A DNA stretch of 63,484 bases, filler included, from Octopus bimaculoides (lineage: Eukaryota), in assembly GCF_001194135.2 (NCBI RefSeq). It is 9 parts of 8 records of this genome, joined end to end, with 100 filler letters (N's around TTAATTAATTAA, not from the genome) between each part and the next. Parts side by side here need not be neighbours in the genome. Positions count along the whole stretch, not along the records: positions 51,543 to 59,911 come from NC_069007.1; positions 60,012 to 61,661 come from NW_026410008.1; positions 61,762 to 63,484 come from NW_026319963.1; 6 more parts are not named here. One strand, given 5' to 3'. Positions 56,405-63,484 of the stretch are shown piece after piece (position 1 is the stretch's first letter; each line of letters opens with the position of its first letter). A program made the position numbers and the translations under genes. The notes beneath the pieces were generated by a model that was given only the letters and a program-made list of their open reading frames with translations, had not been told where the DNA came from and made no database searches.

Positions 56405-57549
56405 NNNNNNNNNNNNNNNNNNNNNNNNNNNNNNNNNNNNNNNNNNNNNNNNNNNNNNNNNNNNNNNNNNNNNNNNNNNNNNNNNNNNNNNNNNNNNNNN
56501 NNNNNNNNNNNNNNNNNNNNNNNNNNNNNNNNNNNNNNNNNNNNNNNNNNNNNNNNNNNNNNNNNNNNNNNNNNNNNNNNNNNNNNNNNNNNNNNNNNNN
56601 NNNNNNNNNNNNNNNNNNNNNNNNNNNNNNNNNNNNNNNNNNNNNNNNNNNNNNNNNNNNNNNNNNNNNNNNNNNNNNNNNNNNNNNNNNNNNNNNNNNN
56701 NNNNNNNNNNNNNNNNNNNNNNNNNNNNNNNNNNNNNNNNNNNNNNNNNNNNNNNNNNNNNNNNNNNNNNNNNNNNNNNNNNNNNNNNNNNNNNNNNNNN
56801 NNNNNNNNNNNNNNNNNNNNNNNNNNNNNNNNNNNNNNNNNNNNNNNNNNNNNNNNNNNNNNNNNNNNNNNNNNNNNNNNNNNNNNNNNNNNNNNNNNNN
56901 NNNNNNNNNNNNNNNNNNNNNNNNNNNNNNNNNNNNNNNNNNNNNNNNNNNNNNNNNNNNNNNNNNNNNNNNNNNNNNNNNNNNNNNNNNNNNNNNNNNN
57001 NNNNNNNNNNNNNNNNNNNNNNNNNNNNNNNNNNNNTATATATATATATATATATATATATACATTTATATATATATGTAAAGGGATTTTGTTCTAGGCA
57101 ACCTGCAGAAGTTTGCTATTTCATTTTATTTATTTATTTTTTTTCCGTTTTGACCTCTATGTCATCTTTCAACCTTGAACTATCAGCAGCAGCAAAAGAA
57201 AAAAAAAACAAATGTAAAAAAAAAACAACAGTAGCAACAACAGAAACAACACAAAAATATGACCAAATAAATATAGAAGTGACTGTCTTCTGGATTTGAA
57301 CCCGTGTATAGCAGATGAGGAATATGTTTCTTCATGTATGTGTAGTACATGTGTCTTGCTGTTGTGTGTGTACGTTTATGTATAAATTGTCTCTGAATAT
57401 GTTTATATATATACATACAAACATACACATACACACATATATATACATACACACATACATATTAGTAGGTCTTATTTAAATACTGTCAATATCAAATGGT
57501 AAATATATATATATATATGTGCGTATATATATATAAATAAAGATATATG

Positions 57550-57607
<58 letters not shown>

Positions 57608-57801
57608 ATGATAAAATGTTGACATGATAAATGATTCACCAAGTGGTCAGCTCGGAAATAAAACCTCAGAGGTAAATTTTACTAATATTTTATAATTATA
57701 TCCATAATTATAACAAGGGCTTAATAGTGTCTTTTGATGTCTATTTTTCAGTGCATGGGGAGGCACAAGCCAAGCCTTGTTATAATTATGTATATAGTTA
57801 T

Positions 57802-57846
<45 letters not shown>

Positions 57847-58019
57847 GTGTATATAAACTTCAACTATGTACATATATATATAGAGACAATACAAATGCAG
57901 ACAGACATACATGTATATGCAGGTGCATACATAATTTAACAAGTAGGTGTATTACTGTAGAAATATACCTGTGTGTGTGTGTGTGTATACATATACACAA
58001 ACACATACATATATATGTG

Positions 58020-58065
<46 letters not shown>

Positions 58066-58187
58066 CATACACATATATATATTTATATGTATATATACAT
58101 GTGTATATCTATATATGTATATATATGTTTGTACATACGTATATATATATATATATACATATAATATATATATATATAGTTATTTTG

Positions 58188-58393
58188 CTATGTAGCGTCT
58201 TGTTTGCCTTTTGGGCACCTGTGAGCTGGGATGCATCGTCCATTGTGGAATACTGGTCTGTTATGTGTGCAGTGGCAACCCCTCACACACGGTTTCATGA
58301 GGCATGATCGATCTATAGAGTTGATATTGTCGCAGGTTCGAGCACAGGCTGGACCGCACACGTTGAATTCAGCACCATCGGGACACGTCTTGT
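58188..58393 (-). CDS. BMPER: BMPER/crossveinless-2-like terminal coding exon, TIL domain
   Basis: Acceptor ...acaccag|AC in phase 1. Encodes (D)[67 protein letters not shown] with ten Cys in TIL spacing and stop TAG at 58190-58188. Ending right after a single C8-TIL fits BMPER or KCP rather than mucins or VWF. Confidence 0.9.
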
Positions 58394-58614
58394 CTGGTGT
58401 TGTCATCGGGAAAAGACAGAAAGAAAGAAATAATAAACCAAAATTATAATTAAAAATATGAATATAAAACGAGACAGGGGGCGTATATTGGCACACAAAT
58501 ACAAGTAAATATGATATAATTCTGTTTTGGAACAGTGGATCTCGAAGCACATAGAATTATAAATAATAGCTTGCAAATACTGAATCGATAGCTACTTTTC
58601 CATAAATAAAGAAG

Positions 58615-59050
58615 GTAACAAGCTGGCAGAATGGTTAGCACGCCAGACAAAATGCTTGATGGTATTTAGCATGTCACTATGTTCTGAGTTCAAATTCCGC
58701 TGAGGTCGACTTTGCCTTTCATTTTTCAGTGTTGATAAATTAAGTACCAGTTGTATACTGAGGTAGGTCTAATCGACTCATCCCCTCCCCCAAAATTTCA
58801 GGCCTTGTGCTTTTAGTGGAAAGGATTATTATTAATAGGGCGGTAAGCTGTTCGAATCGTTAGTGTACCAGACAAAATGCCTTGTGGTATTTCGTCCATC
58901 GTTACATTCTGAGTTCAAATTCCACCAAGGTCTATTTTGCATCTCATCCTTTCAGGGTTGATAAATGAAGTACCAGTTGAACATTGGGGTCAATGTAATC
59001 GTCTTACCCCGCTCCCCCAAATTGCTGGCCTTGTGCTAAAATTTGAAACC
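58615..59050 (+). mobile_element. Two tandem family B SINEs in the last BMPER intron, antisense to the gene
   Basis: Same core as 9565-10000, present twice within intron 58394-59087. Confidence 0.75.
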
Positions 59051-59087
59051 AGTAAATTGTTTGCATAAATTCTTTTCCATTTCTTAC

Positions 59088-59218
59088 CTTTACAATGTCC
59101 GTATTTTTCTTGTGGTATGTACAGCCCTTCTCTTGTGCAGGCCCGACTGTACGCCAGGAGGGACTCACAGGAGCAGAGTTTGCCTTTCGGACAATCACAC
59201 ATATCCATTAGACATGAC
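59088..59218 (-). CDS. BMPER: BMPER/crossveinless-2-like exon, C8 domain
   Basis: Acceptor ttctgttttccag|G and donor AAAG|gtaaga. Encodes (R)SCLMDMCDCPKGKLCSCESLLAYSRACTREGLYIPQEKYGHCK, similar to BMPER RSC..DMCECP..K.C.CES.LAY.RAC.REG. Phase 2 in and phase 1 out match both neighbouring exons. Confidence 0.9.
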
Positions 59219-59405
59219 CTGGAAAACAGAATGAGAATGGGGCATGAACATCACATCTTCCTATTGTTCTTGATTTCACAATTAGAGAATCTTGAAGCTA
59301 ACGAGGAAATACGTTGATAAATAAAGGAATTACATTAGTTTTTATTACTGCAGAAATTAAATATGTCTACTCAAAATGTCACTCCTCTTAAATATAAAAA
59401 GCAGT

Positions 59406-59457
<52 letters not shown>

Positions 59458-59705
59458 CACACATATATATATATATATATGTATGTATATGTTTGTGTGT
59501 CTGTATTTGTCCCCCCTACCATCGCTTGACAACCAATGCAGGTGTGTTTACGACCCTGTAACTTAGCGGTTCAGCAAAAGAGGCCGATAGAATAAGTACT
59601 AAGCTTACAAAGAATAAGTCCTGGGGTCGATTTGTTCGACTAAAGGCTGTGCTCCAGCATGGCCGCAGGTAAACATGTAAAAGAATAAAAGAGTAAAAGA
59701 ATTAC

Positions 59706-59911
59706 CTGTAATATGTTTTAGGGTCGACTTTTTTGCTGCACTCAACGAAGACGTCACTGAGGAGTATTTGGCACTCGTGTTCTCGTGTTTTGAAATTCTT
59801 CTCACATGGCGATTCCTTCTTTTGGAGAGGCGTCAGTCGGTTTCGGCACGCTGATAGACTACCAGTTCTCCAACTGTCGCCAAACTCTTGTTCGTTGTAG
59901 TAGGTGACGCC
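59706..59911 (-). CDS. BMPER: BMPER/crossveinless-2-like exon (end of VWD and start of C8 domain); 5' part lost in the gap at 59912
   Basis: Manual translation gives GVTYYNEQEFGDSWRTGSLSACRNRLTPLQKKESPCEKNFKTREHECQILLSDVFVECSKKVDPKTYY+AG, with no stop over 68 codons. Donor is TACAG|gtaat in phase 2. It resembles the F.ESW...C...C..L....F..C...VD...FYRSC pattern of BMPER. Not listed in the ORF track. Confidence 0.85.
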
Positions 59912-60011
59912 NNNNNNNNNNNNNNNNNNNNNNNNNNNNNNNNNNNNNNNNNNNNTTAATTAATTAANNNNNNNNNNNNNNNNNNNNNNNNNNNNNNNNN
60001 NNNNNNNNNNN
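59912..60011. other. Artificial 100-bp scaffolding spacer N44-TTAATTAATTAA-N44
   Basis: The identical 44+12+44 layout occurs at 12699, 19084, 40696, 42686, 49070, 51443, 59912 and 61662. The 12-mer places stops in all six frames. Confidence 0.95.
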
Positions 60012-60653
60012 GCCTGTGTGTGTGTGTGTGTGTAAGTGAGTAAGTGTGTATGTGTGTGCCTGTGCGGGTGTATATATATACATATATGAGCATATATTGA
60101 TATAAGACTAATATATACACATATATACTGGATGTATATGTAAAATATATGATTATACATACAAATCTGCGTATATTGAAAAGTAAAGGTTTTGTTTTTG
60201 TGAGTATATATATATATATATGTTTGTATGTGTATATATATCTATATATATATATATATATTTATATAATTACACACACACAAACACAGACACACACATG
60301 CATGTGTGTGTATATATAGTCACATAAGCCACACACACATATACAAGGTCACACATAGATGTTCATATAGTCACTGCTGTGTATCCATGCCTATGTGTGT
60401 GTGTGTGTTTGTTGTTGTTGTTGTTGTTGTTGTTGTTGCTGTTGTTGTTGTTGTCATTTATATATGTGTTGTGTGTATATTGACTTCGTAGCAGTAAACT
60501 GAGGAATCGAACATAAGAGAATGATATAGCTTTAAAAGCAGGAAGAAAAAAAAATATATATATACGTAAAAAGGAATGAGATTGAAGGGAAGTAAGAGAT
60601 AAACGGTGCAAGTGGGAGGGAAAGACGGAGAGGAAAAGAAAGAGCAAGAGAGT

Positions 60654-60749
<96 letters not shown>

Positions 60750-60751
60750 AG

Positions 60752-60785
<34 letters not shown>

Positions 60786-60886
60786 AAGGATGGGGAATAC
60801 CATGAGCAAAATATGGCGAGAATATAAACATAGAGGCTAAGTATTAATATAGATCTATATCTATCTATCTATCTATCTACCTATCC

Positions 60887-60928
<42 letters not shown>

Positions 60929-60931
60929 TTA

Positions 60932-60963
<32 letters not shown>

Positions 60964-60988
60964 TCTATCTTATATATTCATGTATACA

Positions 60989-61039
<51 letters not shown>

Positions 61040-61507
61040 CATATATATATATCTGTATATATACTGTTCTGAATAATGAATAAATTCATATATACACAAA
61101 ACTGGGTGCGTGTGTGTGTATATATAAATATATTCCAGGTTCAGTCCCACTGAACCAGGAACCATCTGCGCCTGAATAATATTTATATAAGAATACATCT
61201 ACTAATAACGTAAGTTGATTTCAAATGTGGGCACAAGGCCAGCAATTTCGAGGGATGTATAAGTCGATTACATAAACCTCAGTTCTCACCTTGTACTTCT
61301 TTTATATCGATTCCCCAAAAATTAATATCAAAGTCGATGTCGGTGGGATTTGAACTCAGAACATAAAGACTGATTAAAATGCCGATAGTCATTGTGCCCA
61401 CCGTGCTGAATATTCTGCCAACTTTCCTAACATATATATATCCATGTTGGACTACTGAACTCAACGCATTTTTTTCTCATTCTCTCTTTGTTTATTTTCT
61501 CTTATCC

Positions 61508-61543
61508 CTTTCTGATGAAGAGCGTAGGCTCGAAACGTAGAAG
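61508..61543 (+). ncRNA. Minimal type I hammerhead ribozyme with palindromic ACGT stem III
   Basis: cttt-CTGATGA-A-gagc(gtag)gctc-GAA-ACGT-A-gaag: intact core, perfect 4-bp stem II, self-complementary ACGT typical of dimer-folding Penelope hammerheads, and a 4-bp stem I with one G-U pair. Confidence 0.7.
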
Positions 61544-61924
61544 ACTTTTCCAATTTCCCGGAGTGTCAAACTAATGCACTACTTTGTTGTATTCCTACAC
61601 CTGTCTTCGTCTTTGTTTTTCTATAAATTTCAACTATACACACACACACACACACACACACNNNNNNNNNNNNNNNNNNNNNNNNNNNNNNNNNNNNNNN
61701 NNNNNTTAATTAATTAANNNNNNNNNNNNNNNNNNNNNNNNNNNNNNNNNNNNNNNNNNNNTATATAGGTACACACACACATATATTATTCATGTAGGCG
61801 CAATATTTTTGGAACACTAACAGAATATGTAGTTATATTTATGAATGTGTGTGTGTGTGTGTTTGTGTGTGTCTGTGTGGGAGTACTTGTGTTTGTGTTT
61901 GTGCGTGTGTGAGTGCTTGTGTTT

Positions 61925-61963
<39 letters not shown>

Positions 61964-62088
61964 GTGCGTGAGTGCTTGTGTTTGTGAGTGTATGTTTCTG
62001 AATGTGTGTGTGTGTGCGAAACAATTGTATTTTAGTTATATAAGTTCATAACTTTGTTTTATGTAGTAGTCTTCCGGTCTTTTATTCT

Positions 62089-62130
<42 letters not shown>

Positions 62131-62893
62131 GTACTTATGCCAACATTTACGTGAATGGGTTTGTGTATATACGTATTTTGGTTTATATATTATATATATA
62201 TATGTGTCTGTGTGTGTGTATCGAAATTTACTATGCATATGTATGTGTGTATATATATATATGTGTGTGTGTACGTGTGTGCATGTGTGTGTGGGTGTAT
62301 GTATGTGTTATATGTATGTATTTATGTATGTGTGTGCGTGTGTGTGTGTGTGTGGGTGTGTGTGTGTGGGTGTGTGTGTGTAGGTATGTATGTTATTGTG
62401 TATGTGGATACCCTGCCAGTCGCCAGCGATTATGGCTTCGTCACATTACCATGCATTCGTTTACCTTGACCCCCGCCTCGCCTCTCCTCACCCTCCACCC
62501 TAAAACACTTCCTAGACGTAATAGCAGGAGAGTGAGAGAGAGAGGGGGGGAAGAGAGTGAGATGTAGTGTGTCTATTAGCGCGAACGATTTACATTAGCA
62601 TCCGGTTGGTGTTCATTTATTAGTTTATCCTACTACAGCAATGTGAAATGAAATGTTTCCTTACACGCATAAATCTCTGTCTGTTCCAGGAATTGAAATC
62701 ACGGTCTCATTTTAATCAGTCAAACATCCTTAATCTCTGTGCAACTTGTGTGTGTCACGCTCGCGCGCATTGTGCGTGTGTATGTGTGTACGTAAGTGCT
62801 TTTGATTGCGTTATTTTCTTTCACTCTACCACAATGGTGTTTTTTTTTTAAACATCACCACTCCTACTTCTGATCTCCTACTTCTCTCTTTCC

Positions 62894-62928
<35 letters not shown>

Positions 62929-63484
62929 ACTCTTTCTTTCTCTGTCTTTCATTTTTTTTTCACATATTTTACTTTGTCCTCTTTTTTTTTAAATTCTTTT
63001 AGTCCTCATTCGCTCACCAAGTGACTAACTCACGTGTTTGTGACTCCTACTACATGGATTTTTGTTTATTTCTTTTGTATCCATTTTGTCAAGCTTGACT
63101 GAACAAATGTATATTATCAAAGAAAATTCATACCGTGACCACCTCTACTTGTTTAAATGGCCGACGACTAAATACTGTAGAGTGACATTATTCTATGCAC
63201 GATATTCTATTTTTATTTAAATTTCACTTTAGGAAGATTTGGTTCCTCTTTTTAGCAGGGTGAACGACAACGTAGTTACTCCATGGTTTAATAGCAGACT
63301 GTTTACAGATTAGTGAAAGCAATATGGGAGCATTAAAAACCGAGTTCGAATCTACTTGGAGGTAACTTTCCCTTGCTCCATTTGGCAGAGCGAAGCAATG
63401 AGATTTATGAGAAAATACCAATTTCCAATGTTTAATTCCACCGAAAGGAAAGCGATCGTATACCCAGCTAAAGAAAAACATTTA

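Noticed and set aside
63224-63481. 85-codon minus ORF with a tttag acceptor as an upstream BMPER VWD exon
   Set aside because: No VWD or VWC motifs, it ends in a stop, and I found no matching donor. It remains unexplained unique sequence.

Overview
Eukaryotic, AT-rich, microsatellite-saturated genomic DNA with many N gaps. The SINE repertoire and composition suggest a coleoid cephalopod, probably Octopus (inference). No prokaryotic features are present, and almost every ORF-track entry is a translation of simple repeats or Ns. The only well-supported gene is the 3' end of a minus-strand BMPER/crossveinless-2-like gene: three exons at 59706-59911 (gap-truncated and absent from the ORF track), 59088-59218 and 58188-58393, which splice in phase and encode the end of VWD, C8 and a terminal TIL domain. 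The rest is intergenic or intronic, with tRNA-derived SINEs, decayed LINEs (CR1-like, RTE, Dong/R4), a Penelope GIY-YIG remnant, a decayed DD37D maT transposon and foldback MITEs. The most interesting unannotated signal is a set of Penelope-type type I hammerhead ribozyme motifs: an intact one bracketed by 81-bp inverted repeats (5181-5239), a minimal ACGT-stem one (61508-61543), a candidate U3-A8 core variant (784-820) and a decayed copy (6789-6824). All folds were derived by eye and activity is untested.
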